Positions 18,968-28,352 of a DNA stretch of 58,554 nt are shown here, piece after piece. A program made the translations under genes and the position numbers. The notes under the pieces were generated by a model. That model was given only the letters and a program-made list of their open reading frames with translations. It was not told the DNA's origin and did no database searches. The first letter of the stretch is position 1. Each line of letters starts with the position of its first letter. Location of the stretch: sequence record SRR31156797_4653. One strand, written 5' to 3'.

Positions 18968-20017
18968 TTATATAAAATTAACGTGCTGTGGTGGATTGGA
19001 AAGACTCCAAAGAAAATCATTTAACGCATGTAGTCTACAATTAGGCATACACTCTTTATCAAAATCCGCAATATTACGGACATGTTCGTCTACTTTTGAG
19101 CGGTTCTTGGCAGACCATATTTCAATGAGTGAGGATTCATTGATATTCCCATAACAAAAATCCCTGTTACCTAAATGGGGGCCGCATGAATATACATCAC
19201 CATTGGAAATAATTTCCGCAAAAAATGCCATGCCATGACAAAATGAATATCTACGTTTTGAAGGTTCAGTCATATTGATGCGCAATACAACTGAAAAATT
19301 ATCTGTAGCTAATTCTTCGATCTGGGCTAACTCCGTGACAGGTGGTTCAGGGGCTTGAAACGGACTTAGTGGATGGTTGTTATAGTTTTTTAAGGCAAAG
19401 TAACTGACGCCTATGCTTCGCAGACGTTCAACCAGTTTGTAGACCTGCTTGGGGTCCTGTCCCGCATAAACCATTTGAACGCCTATGGTAACAGAAAGAT
19501 TGCCGGCTTGTTTATGAGCAACGGCTTGTTCAAGATTCTTTAAAGTTTTCTCAAACTCTTGCTCTTGCGCTCTGTGGATGCGTCCATATTCTTCTGCAGT
19601 AGAACCGTTAACACTCACTCGGATCCATGACATGTGGGGCAAGATCTGCTCCATGCGTTTGCCTTTTAAAAGGCTGCCATTAGTGTTGAGTGCTTGATCC
19701 ATTCCGAGATCTGCCATTTTTTCCACAAAATCTGGCAATCCTTTATGCAGAAGAGGCTCTCCTTCACCGGAATAAAATAGAGCTTTGGTTCCGCGTTCTT
19801 TTAATTCATAAATATTATCATAAAGGACCTTGGTGTCGATAAAGCGTGGTTCCTTTCGTTCCAGGTAGTCGTAGGCACAGAACAGACAGCCATGATTGCA
19901 TTTATTGGTGGGGCTGATTTCAATTAAAATAGGATATATATCTTCACCTTTTTGCCATTTGTTCAAGGTGTCTAGGTGATATCCGATTTTTGTTCCATTA
20001 AGAATAAGCTTGTTCAT
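18968..20017 (-). CDS. Radical SAM protein with SPASM/twitch-like C-terminal domain (paralog B)
   Basis: CNHGCLFC, GEGEP, C-X17-C and CMPNC; start taken at MNKLIL. Confidence 0.93.
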   Translation of the reverse strand: MNKLILNGTKIGYHLDTLNKWQKGEDIYPILIEISPTNKCNHGCLFCAYDYLERKEPRFIDTKVLYDNIYELKERGTKALFYSGEGEPLLHKGLPDFVEKMADLGMDQALNTNGSLLKGKRMEQILPHMSWIRVSVNGSTAEEYGRIHRAQEQEFEKTLKNLEQAVAHKQAGNLSVTIGVQMVYAGQDPKQVYKLVERLRSIGVSYFALKNYNNHPLSPFQAPEPPVTELAQIEELATDNFSVVLRINMTEPSKRRYSFCHGMAFFAEIISNGDVYSCGPHLGNRDFCYGNINESSLIEIWSAKNRSKVDEHVRNIADFDKECMPNCRLHALNDFLWSLSNPPQHVNFI

Positions 20018-20690
20018 AGCGTTCCTGAGGCACATTCATTTGTGCTGTTGCGGAGATTAAGTCCATCCAGTGATGTAAAATTGCAGCATGAGAAGTTTCG
20101 GAAAGGCTATAGGATGGAGCGGGAATATAAAAATTTAAATGGCCAAGTTGGCTCAAAGTGTTTCCCTGCTCCATGCCGCTTAAGGTGACCACGTTAGCTC
20201 CACCGCGCTGTGCTGTATAGCATGCGTTGACAATATTAGGAGACTCCCCGGAGCTGCTGATGGCAACCAGCAGATCGTGTCTGCGTATCATGCAGCGGAG
20301 CGGGGCAGAAAAAACTTCATCATAGGAGTAATCGTTGGCAAGAGCTGTCATCATGGCAGGGTCTGTGAAAAGCATGGTGCGTATTCCACCGTTTTTCATG
20401 ACGTCAATAGCCATATGACTTGCCATGCTGGCACTGGCTCCATTTCCTATAAGATAGATGGTTCCCTGATTTTCTTTGGTCGTTAAAGCAAAATCTAACC
20501 ATTTAGAATAGGCTGCGTCATGCTCAAATATCTTCTGCTTCTCGTCGCATACCTGCATAGCGTTGAGTGCTCGCTCGATGCCGATTATGGCTTTTGCCCA
20601 GGTTTGCGGTTCATCAACCGCCACAGCAGATTTTGTGGTAGATGGCTGCCCTGAGGGCTGGGAAAATGTTTTCAAGTCGTCCCTGTACAT
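19998..20690 (-). CDS. gmhA: SIS-domain phosphosugar isomerase, GmhA (phosphoheptose isomerase)-like
   Basis: GNGASASMASH, TALANDYSY, ISSSGESPN. Confidence 0.75.
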   Translation of the reverse strand: MYRDDLKTFSQPSGQPSTTKSAVAVDEPQTWAKAIIGIERALNAMQVCDEKQKIFEHDAAYSKWLDFALTTKENQGTIYLIGNGASASMASHMAIDVMKNGGIRTMLFTDPAMMTALANDYSYDEVFSAPLRCMIRRHDLLVAISSSGESPNIVNACYTAQRGGANVVTLSGMEQGNTLSQLGHLNFYIPAPSYSLSETSHAAILHHWMDLISATAQMNVPQERYEQAYS

Positions 20691-20900
20691 AATAGCCTAC
20701 TCCTTTGTCTGCTATGGTTCTAACCAATAGCGTTTACCAAGGTCGATATAATACTTAGAAGAACTCTTATCAACTTCTTTAGAAATATCACTGGTTAGGT
20801 GTAGATTATGCTGCCGCAGCGCCAGTGTTTTCATCTTCTATGGGAGCAGTTCGTAAAATGGCTTTTAAACTTAACAGCCACTCCCTCTGTTATGCTAAAA

Positions 20901-22415
20901 CTATTTCATCATAGCTGTAATAGTTTTCTTAATTTGTTGTGAGTCTATACTATACTCATTACCTACGTGTTCCACTAATGCGGCTCCGGCCACATTGCCA
21001 AGTAAACCGATTAATTCCAGAGGGCAGTTCAGGTAAGCTGCCATGCTTGAAATTGCAAAGAGCGCATCGCCTGCGCCGACTCGGTCAACCACCCGTCCGG
21101 CAAGGGCTGGGGTCTGAACAAGATCCTGACCTTTCTGAAGGCTGGAACCATTTCGTCCACGACTAACGATTAATGTTTCTATGTCCAGTTTGCGCGCAAG
21201 GTTTTGCATCATCAGGGGGATTTTTGTCTTTTGGTCGCGGTAAGCCATTCTAATTTCATGTTCCGCCAGCGAGACAAAGTCGGCCCGTGGATAACGGAAG
21301 ATTGTATGGTAACCACGGTTCCCCGCATTCGCTTGGGTGTTAATTGCAAGATATTTTGCATCGCGGCATAAGGTCGTTACCAAACAATCCGGGATTCCGT
21401 CATGTCCAAAGTCAGGGACCAGCACCAAATCATAATCACCGATAATTTCTTTGATTCGGGTGGTTATGCGTTGTTCAATCTCTACTGGAATGGATTGCTC
21501 TGAAATGTGATAAATTTCCAAGAGTTTGTTAAAGGAATACCCGTCAACATACCGCAACTTACGCACTGTGGGTGCCTCTGGAATTTCTTCGTAAATATGT
21601 TTTACATTGTCTGGTATTGAATCTGTAATAATGTTGTTATGTGGGTCAGATTTTCCCAGTGTGGTAAATAGAGTCACTTCTTTGGCAAGATTTGCCACAT
21701 GTCGAGCCACTGCAACGGCTCCGCCGGCAAAGCTGTCTTTGGCTGCCTGACGCAGAGCAACTGTGGGGTCTTTGGAAGAAATACCCAGCGGATTACAATA
21801 AGCGTACTCATCAATGATCGCATCGCCTACAATGAGCACTTTAAGATCTTTCATCTGATCTACGTAATTGCATATATTTTCAGCTTTGTGCCTTTTGCGT
21901 ATAATTTCCAAATAGTTGGCAAGTTCTTGTGGGTAGACATTAAGGTATCTGTTTATTAAATTAGAAGAACTGAAAACAATATCCTCAGTAAAAACAAGTT
22001 CAGTTCCGACTTCATTTGCAACAGCTGCTTCTAATTTAATCTTCCCAGTGGGGTCATCTTCAATATCTTTAAATTCAGAACCCTTTGCATAAAATGTGGG
22101 TTTTAATTTTCGCAGGGTGTTTTCGGCAGTAGGCCATTCATTGATGGCTACGTAGTCAACAAGTTCAAGAGAATCTAAAGCTTCAGCTCTTAATTGCTCT
22201 GTAAAAGCGGGGCGGTCCGGACCCTTATCCACATATCTGTCTGGAGTAAGGGTGACCACAAGACAGTCTCCAAATTGTTTTGCTTGTCTGAGGTAGCGGA
22301 TGTGCCCAATATGAAGCAAATCAAAGACGCCATGACATAAAACAACAGTTTCACCTGCATCGCGTTTTTGTGCGATAATTTGTGCCAATGTGTTGATGTC
22401 GTAAATGCTACTCAT
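20901..22415 (-). CDS. HldE-like bifunctional protein with nucleotidyltransferase N-terminal and PfkB kinase C-terminal
   Basis: HGVFDLLHIGH and YAKGSE in the N-half; VGDAIIDEY, AGGAV and DRVGAGD in the C-half. Confidence 0.88.
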   Translation of the reverse strand: MSSIYDINTLAQIIAQKRDAGETVVLCHGVFDLLHIGHIRYLRQAKQFGDCLVVTLTPDRYVDKGPDRPAFTEQLRAEALDSLELVDYVAINEWPTAENTLRKLKPTFYAKGSEFKDIEDDPTGKIKLEAAVANEVGTELVFTEDIVFSSSNLINRYLNVYPQELANYLEIIRKRHKAENICNYVDQMKDLKVLIVGDAIIDEYAYCNPLGISSKDPTVALRQAAKDSFAGGAVAVARHVANLAKEVTLFTTLGKSDPHNNIITDSIPDNVKHIYEEIPEAPTVRKLRYVDGYSFNKLLEIYHISEQSIPVEIEQRITTRIKEIIGDYDLVLVPDFGHDGIPDCLVTTLCRDAKYLAINTQANAGNRGYHTIFRYPRADFVSLAEHEIRMAYRDQKTKIPLMMQNLARKLDIETLIVSRGRNGSSLQKGQDLVQTPALAGRVVDRVGAGDALFAISSMAAYLNCPLELIGLLGNVAGAALVEHVGNEYSIDSQQIKKTITAMMK

Positions 22416-22474
22416 AGGATTAAATTTGTTATAAGTTTTTTGGGGTGTCAAATCATTGTTGTCTAGGTATTCTC

Positions 22475-22490
22475 TGCATAATTGGTGCCA
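22475..22490 (-). promoter_or_regulatory. sigma54 promoter of the hldE-gmhA-radical SAM operon
   Basis: Minus strand TGGCAC-CAATT-ATGCA. Confidence 0.7.
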
Positions 22491-22722
22491 ACAGAAGTTC
22501 CCTTTCAGGTTGCTTTCAGTGTTAATCGGTTTTGGGTCTGGCAGTGGGCGAAAGTAGGTTTTGCCATATTGATAATTGTCTATGTTCGTGCTGGGTTTTT
22601 GCCCAAAAAGATTTGAAACATTTCGATTGTACTGCAGTCGCCAAGGATATCAAGATAGACATTCTTTTCTGTCGGGCTATCCCGTCCGTTTAGATTTTTT
22701 TAGAACTTGTATTGTAGTCCTA

Positions 22723-23628
22723 TTATGCCCCTGTATACTTTTTCTCGGCAAACATCAGCACTTCCAAGAGCTTCTCCGGTGATTTTGTGTAGGCGCCACC
22801 TATGAGGTTGTATACATGCTCATATTGTTCTTGAGTAAGTTCCGTAGTAAACTTGCTGAACAATTTTTCAAGTTTACGTTCAGGTGGGTATTTGAAGTTG
22901 CTGTACTCGCACACCTCTCCTCGCTCTTCTCTGTAGTGGGCTATGTCAATTTGCGATATCCATACAGGTTTCTTAAGTGTTACTCCATACAATACATGAG
23001 TCCCTGCACTGTCGGTTAGAATATAATCATGGTTCTGCAGTATTTCGGCTAAAAGATAGAGGAATTTTTTGTCGAACATATGCCCGGCAGTGCATACTTT
23101 ATATCCTCGGTCAGTGTATTTTTTTGAGTAACCTAAAAGTACGTCTCTCCAATAAAGCAGCACGCTGATTTGTTCCGGGGGAAGTCCGTACTCATCCACT
23201 TTCGCAAAGAATTCATTCTCATCGTAGTGGCTCACTTTGTAATGTGTACTATGTGTGGGGATGATCAATAGTTTCTTTTTTCGTTCTTTTTCCACATTGC
23301 CGGCAAAAGGGAGGGCATACATCAGCATAGGGCCGATGGGGACCCCGATTTTGTCTGTTGTTTTTGTTAAGTAGTCAGCATGGGCTTTGTTGGCGCACAG
23401 AATCATAGGCAGGGGAGCATTTTTTTCTTTGTCCCATACTACAGTCACTGGGTTATCCAGACATACCCCGTGTTCAATTACGGCCTTTAGTGGGTAGTTC
23501 TGATCTATTCTACAGTATCTTTTTAAAACGACATCGTGTCCATAGAAGTGGTTTGGTCTATGGATTTCGTTGGTGACAAGTTCCCTGTCTTCGCAGAGCT
23601 TGCGCAAGGTTCTATCGGTCATATGCAT
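22723..23628 (-). CDS. Hypothetical protein, possibly glycosyltransferase-like
   Basis: 301-aa ORF with GAGG RBS in the glycan island; NHFYG, IEHG, PTHST, CTAGH motifs; function not established. Confidence 0.7.
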   Translation of the reverse strand: MHMTDRTLRKLCEDRELVTNEIHRPNHFYGHDVVLKRYCRIDQNYPLKAVIEHGVCLDNPVTVVWDKEKNAPLPMILCANKAHADYLTKTTDKIGVPIGPMLMYALPFAGNVEKERKKKLLIIPTHSTHYKVSHYDENEFFAKVDEYGLPPEQISVLLYWRDVLLGYSKKYTDRGYKVCTAGHMFDKKFLYLLAEILQNHDYILTDSAGTHVLYGVTLKKPVWISQIDIAHYREERGEVCEYSNFKYPPERKLEKLFSKFTTELTQEQYEHVYNLIGGAYTKSPEKLLEVLMFAEKKYTGA

Positions 23629-23657
23629 ATTTATCCTCTTCAGTTTTTATATGAAAT

Positions 23658-23673
23658 AGCAATCTCTGTGCCA
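23658..23673 (-). promoter_or_regulatory. sigma54 promoter
   Basis: Minus strand TGGCAC-AGAGA-TTGCT, a perfect consensus match about 30 bp before the start codon. Confidence 0.85.
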
Positions 23674-24079
23674 CTTGTCCTTTTTGTCGGGTTTTGATAA
23701 CTTGTTCAATTAATAGATTTCCCTTATTGAGGACCAGAGTTTGTTGCTTAACGTTACTGAATTATTTGGGTAAAGTCGACTTGCACCGAAGGTGGATGAT
23801 GTCTTTCTGTTTGCAAAATGCAGCTTGATGTTTGGTCTCAGGGTAGCGATAAAGAGCTGTAAAATGATGTATGTTATTCCTTCCATCGAGGTGTCTTTAG
23901 TGTCTTTCAGGTTTGTTCTATCTTTGTTTTAGTGGTGTCGGTTTATTGACATGAGGTTTGAGTTAACAAGTTTTATTTTTTGAAAAGATAGTGGAATGTT
24001 GATCCGTGCTGGCAGTATATAGGTGAGCTTAAAGTAGTGAATACTGAAATTTTTTTGGTCATATAAAATAGGAGATGTC

Positions 24080-24790
24080 GTGATAGAAAATAAAAGTATT
24101 TCAGCTTATAGCGATACTGATTATGAATCTTTTGAGCACTATGAACGATATAAATTTCTTTTAAAGCATGTCCTTCCTGATTTGCCTGCAAACGGTTCTT
24201 TGCTTGATATAGGGTGTGCCAAAGGAGAATTGCTTTACCTGATAGGGAAGAGGGTGCACGGTTTGCGGCTTTGCGGCCTTGAGTATGCCGAGGAACTTAT
24301 TCAGAAAGCACAGCAGCAGCCTCTGTTGAGTTCTATGTGTTTTGTCCAAGGGGATGCTGCGGATTTTGATCTGGGTGAGAGTTTTGATGTGACCGTTATG
24401 TCAGGGGTTCTTTCGATTTTTGAAGATTTTGTTCCTCCTCTTGAGGCAATGTTAACGCATACATCTCCGGGGGGGACGGGTTTTGTTTTCGGTGGCTTCA
24501 CTAGAGATGATATTGATGTCATAGTTCGTTATCGCAATAATTTGGTTGAGAGTCCTCAGTGGGAAAGCGGGTGGACCATGTTTAGTCTCAAGACCATTGA
24601 GCGCTGGTTGGCTCCCAGAGTGGAAAGTTATTCTGTAATACCTTTTGAGTTGTCGATAGATCTTGAGCGCAAAGAGGGAGATCCAACTCGTTCGTATACC
24701 ATGACTACGCAAGAGGGAGAGCGCCTTATTCTGACCGGGGGAAATGTTGTTCGGGATTTTCATCTCATTACATTCAAAATGAAGAAGTAG
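24080..24790 (+). CDS. Class I SAM-dependent methyltransferase
   Basis: LLDIGCAKGE, QGDA; AGGAG RBS. Confidence 0.85.
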   Translation: MIENKSISAYSDTDYESFEHYERYKFLLKHVLPDLPANGSLLDIGCAKGELLYLIGKRVHGLRLCGLEYAEELIQKAQQQPLLSSMCFVQGDAADFDLGESFDVTVMSGVLSIFEDFVPPLEAMLTHTSPGGTGFVFGGFTRDDIDVIVRYRNNLVESPQWESGWTMFSLKTIERWLAPRVESYSVIPFELSIDLERKEGDPTRSYTMTTQEGERLILTGGNVVRDFHLITFKMKK

Positions 24791-24927
24791 CTTTGAACTC
24801 CTGGGTTGATTTTGTGGGTCGAGAGGGTGTTTTTCAGGAAGAGATGGTTTTTACTTAATGTTTTAATGTAAATGCGTTATGGATTTTTATGGGTTCAAAT
24901 TGTGATGCGTGTAAGTTGCCTTTCTTA

Positions 24928-24943
24928 AGGCATACCATTTGCA
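24928..24943 (+). promoter_or_regulatory. Candidate sigma54 promoter of the amino-sugar/nonulosonate operon
   Basis: AGGCAT-ACCAT-TTGCA with 12-nt GG/GC spacing. Confidence 0.6.
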
Positions 24944-25034
24944 TAGTGACTGCAGATGGGCACATTTGTCATTTAATGAACAAGGTGTAGGTTAAGTTAA
25001 AAACGATAGGGTTTTTACCCGTAAGAGGTGCGTT

Positions 25035-26090
25035 ATGATGGAATTAAAAGGTCGACGAGTTTTGCTTGTAGGCGGCGCGGGATTTATCGGGCACAATTTG
25101 GCCTTAGCCTTAAAGAAGGTTGGTGCCGAAGTCAGTGTTGTTGATGGTCTGCAAGTGAATAACTACCTTACCTTTTCTTCTTCTGAGGAGGATTTTAGCA
25201 ATAGGGATCTTTATCTTTGGATGCTCAATGAAAGACTTGAATTGCTCCGTAAAGCTAATATTCCTGTTTATATTCAGGACGCTCGAGAGTATCATGCTCT
25301 CTCTCACCTTGTGACAAAAATTAATCCTCAGACAGTCGTACATTTGGCTGCCGTATCTCATGCCAATAAGTCTAACAAAACTCCTCATTCAACATTTGAT
25401 CATAGTTTCAGAACTCTTGAAAACATGTTGGATATCTCCAGAGGTAAAGATGCTGAGGTTGAGCATTTTATCTACTTCTCCTCAAGTATGATTTATGGGA
25501 ACTTTGAGGGTGGAATGGTTGACGAAAAAGCAGCATGTGATCCTATTGGGATTTATGGGGCTTTGAAGTTTGGCGGAGAGAAGCTTGTTGTGGCTTATAA
25601 TCAGGTCTTTGATATGCCTTACACCATCATAAGACCTTCTGCTCTTTATGGTGAAAGATGTGTCAGCCGACGTGTAGGGCAGATTTTTATTGAGAATGCA
25701 TTGAAAGGTGTTGATATTACTATCGCTGGAGACGGTTCTGATAAACTGGATTTTACCTATATCGATGACATGGTTGCAGGAATGCTTAAGGTTATCAGCA
25801 ACGAGAATTCATTTAATCAGGTTTTCAATATGACCTATGGTAATTCTAGGTCTCTTGGCGATATGGCTGAAATAGTGAAAAGTGAATTTCCTGATGTGAA
25901 TATTAAATATATTCCGAAAGATAGGCTTATGCCGGATCGGGGTACTTTGTCTGTGGATAAGGCCAAAGAGCTTGTCGGGTATGAGCCTCAATGGCCTTTG
26001 GAAGAAGGATTTATCAAGTATATCAGATGGTATAAGAGCCTGCCCAAGGACCTTACTTCACAAACGTCAATGCCTGTTACCTATGGCTAG
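25035..26090 (+). CDS. NAD-dependent epimerase/dehydratase (extended SDR)
   Basis: GGAGFIG, SSS, YGALK, RPSALYG. Confidence 0.92.
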   Translation: MMELKGRRVLLVGGAGFIGHNLALALKKVGAEVSVVDGLQVNNYLTFSSSEEDFSNRDLYLWMLNERLELLRKANIPVYIQDAREYHALSHLVTKINPQTVVHLAAVSHANKSNKTPHSTFDHSFRTLENMLDISRGKDAEVEHFIYFSSSMIYGNFEGGMVDEKAACDPIGIYGALKFGGEKLVVAYNQVFDMPYTIIRPSALYGERCVSRRVGQIFIENALKGVDITIAGDGSDKLDFTYIDDMVAGMLKVISNENSFNQVFNMTYGNSRSLGDMAEIVKSEFPDVNIKYIPKDRLMPDRGTLSVDKAKELVGYEPQWPLEEGFIKYIRWYKSLPKDLTSQTSMPVTYG

Positions 26091-26144
26091 TGTCCGTGCA
26101 TATTTTTAATTGGTAGATAGTCGGATAATGTAAGAGTTTGTATA

Positions 26145-26771
26145 ATGTTTGATTTCTTGGCATTGATTACATGTAAAAAGTATTGGTTGCTGCATAGCCT
26201 TTTTATTAAGGCGATTTTAAATATATATGGGATTCGTGTCGGTTCAGGGTTTTATATTGAAGGTGTGCCGAAATTAAAGATTAATGGGAAAGCTGAAAAT
26301 ATAATTTTTGGAAATAATGTCTCTGTTCTGGGGGATATTGACCTTAGGAATAGAGAGAATGGGAAAATTATATTCAACGACAATGTTACAATCGAAGGAA
26401 ACTGCAGATTTGTCTCTGCACGCGAAGGCACTGTTTCAGTGGGAGAGGGGTCTGTTGTAACAGCGTATGCTATTATTAACGGCGGTGCGGATTTAAGTAT
26501 AGGGAAGCAATGTATAATTGGTCCTAGAGCCAGTATTAATTCTAATGAGCATGTTTTCGAAGCTCATAAACCTATCCGTGAATCCGGCTATATACATGCG
26601 CCGGTTTCAATTGAGGATGACTGCTGGCTTGCCGCGAATGTGACGGTAATGAAAGGTGTTGTCCTTGCCAAGGGCAGTATTGTCGGATCTGGAGCTGTTG
26701 TAACAAAGGATACGGAGCCATACTCAATTAATGCCGGAATACCGGCTAAAAAAATATCTGAAAGGAGATAG
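26145..26771 (+). CDS. Hexapeptide-repeat acyltransferase
   Basis: LbH repeats; IEDDCWLAANV..GAVVTKD..AGIPAK. Confidence 0.9.
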   Translation: MFDFLALITCKKYWLLHSLFIKAILNIYGIRVGSGFYIEGVPKLKINGKAENIIFGNNVSVLGDIDLRNRENGKIIFNDNVTIEGNCRFVSAREGTVSVGEGSVVTAYAIINGGADLSIGKQCIIGPRASINSNEHVFEAHKPIRESGYIHAPVSIEDDCWLAANVTVMKGVVLAKGSIVGSGAVVTKDTEPYSINAGIPAKKISERR

Positions 26772-27895
26772 TGGTGAAGTATTGTTCCCGCTGTTTGATT
26801 CCTGACACAAAGCCTTATGCCCAGTTTGATGAAGATGGTGTGTGCAGCGCTTGCAGAGTTCATGGGCAGCAAAAGCAATCTGACAATGGTATTGATTGGG
26901 AATCCAGAAAACGCGATTTTGATTCGCTGATAGAAACGGTAAAAGCCAAGAAAGCCCCTTTTTTTGATGTGCTGGTTCCTGTCAGTGGCGGGAAAGACAG
27001 TATGACTCAAGTGCACAGGCTGCTTGAGTATGATTTGAGAATTCTGGCTGTAAATGTGGATTACGGTATTAAGACCGAAATAGGTGTGCAAAACCTGAAC
27101 TGCATACCTGAGAATATGAAAGCCTCTTTGCAGATATTCCGGCCCGAACTTTCTCTCCATAAAAAGCTGATAAGAATTGGTTACGAGGATTTTGGAGACC
27201 CGGACCTTCTTAGTCACACCATGCTTCATGCGTTTCCTCTCAGGACAGCTCTTGCTTACAAAATTCCTCTGGTTGCGCTCGGTGAAAATTCAGCTTTTGA
27301 ATATGGTGGTGATGACGAAATCTCTTCATTAAACCGTATGACCCGCCAGTGGTTTTCAAAGTATGCCGCTAACAGCGGGCATGATGCCTCTTTTGTTGCG
27401 CGAACCTACGGTATCCCCATGGAGAAGCTGATAAATTACGATTTTCCTGATGAAATAGAAACTTCGGATGTCGTGACAGCTTTTCTCAGTCATTACTTTT
27501 ACTGGGATTCAGAAGCTCACTATGAGATTGCAAAACAATATGGCTTTAAAGCCCTTAGCTCTCCTAAAGAGGGAACATATCGGACTTATGTGGGAATTGA
27601 TGAAAAGATCAATCGTATCCATCAGTATTTTAAAGTTTTGAAATTTGGATATGGCCGCGCAACCGATCATGCCTGCGAAGATATTCGTAATGGAGTGATT
27701 TCAAGGGATGAGGCAAAGGAGCTGGTGCGAAAGTATGATTTGGTTCCTTTGTCTGAAGAGTATATTTCAGATTTCTGCTCTTTTGTTGAGATAAGCCGGG
27801 ATAGATTTGATGCCGTTGTTGAACGGTATAGGAATAAAGACATATGGGTTAATAAAGACGGAGTGTGGCATATTCCGGGACATCTGGACGACTAA
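26771..27895 (+). CDS. N-acetyl sugar amidotransferase (WbuX/PseA/PtmG family)
   Basis: CSRC..CSAC, PP-loop SGGKDS, GENSAFEYG, KFGYGRAT..DIRNG. Confidence 0.9.
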   Translation: MVKYCSRCLIPDTKPYAQFDEDGVCSACRVHGQQKQSDNGIDWESRKRDFDSLIETVKAKKAPFFDVLVPVSGGKDSMTQVHRLLEYDLRILAVNVDYGIKTEIGVQNLNCIPENMKASLQIFRPELSLHKKLIRIGYEDFGDPDLLSHTMLHAFPLRTALAYKIPLVALGENSAFEYGGDDEISSLNRMTRQWFSKYAANSGHDASFVARTYGIPMEKLINYDFPDEIETSDVVTAFLSHYFYWDSEAHYEIAKQYGFKALSSPKEGTYRTYVGIDEKINRIHQYFKVLKFGYGRATDHACEDIRNGVISRDEAKELVRKYDLVPLSEEYISDFCSFVEISRDRFDAVVERYRNKDIWVNKDGVWHIPGHLDD

Positions 27896-27947
27896 TTCAT
27901 TTTTCTAGTGTGTTAACTAGGTTAAGTCTTTTCTGAGAGGATTTTTG

Positions 27948-28304
27948 ATGAAGCTGAAACTTAATGATGAGCCAAGAGTTTTTTCTCCTGTTGAAGATGT
28001 CTTTATCAAAGATTACGGCAAGATTCTTCTTGAGGATGAGGACCAGATTTCTATTGAAAGCGATAGTGGCAAATGCCACGACCTTACACGCAAAGAGTGG
28101 GGGTGGTATCTCTGCAATTCTGTAAATGCCAGCCTGAAAGGGCAGGGGTATAAGACTGCATTGGTTATGAGCTTGATGGCAGGTGAACCCAGAATTTTTG
28201 TAAATCTGGTGGATGAAGATAAGGTTGAGCTTTTTTTTGAATATTTACAGCAAAATAAATCCAAGCTCATCTGCTGGCTGGATGAATGGGGGCAGGAGCC
28301 GTAG
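27948..28304 (+). CDS. Hypothetical protein
   Basis: 118-aa ORF in operon order with GAGG RBS. Confidence 0.7.
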   Translation: MKLKLNDEPRVFSPVEDVFIKDYGKILLEDEDQISIESDSGKCHDLTRKEWGWYLCNSVNASLKGQGYKTALVMSLMAGEPRIFVNLVDEDKVELFFEYLQQNKSKLICWLDEWGQEP

Positions 28305-28352
28305 CCGGTTATTGCTTTCTGGTTTAATTAAGATAGCGATGGGAATTAACTT

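Noticed and set aside
20809-20824. Possible sigma54 motif TGGCGC-TGCGG-CAGCA upstream of gmhA
   Set aside because: GG/GC spacing is right but the -12 element is poor; not enough support
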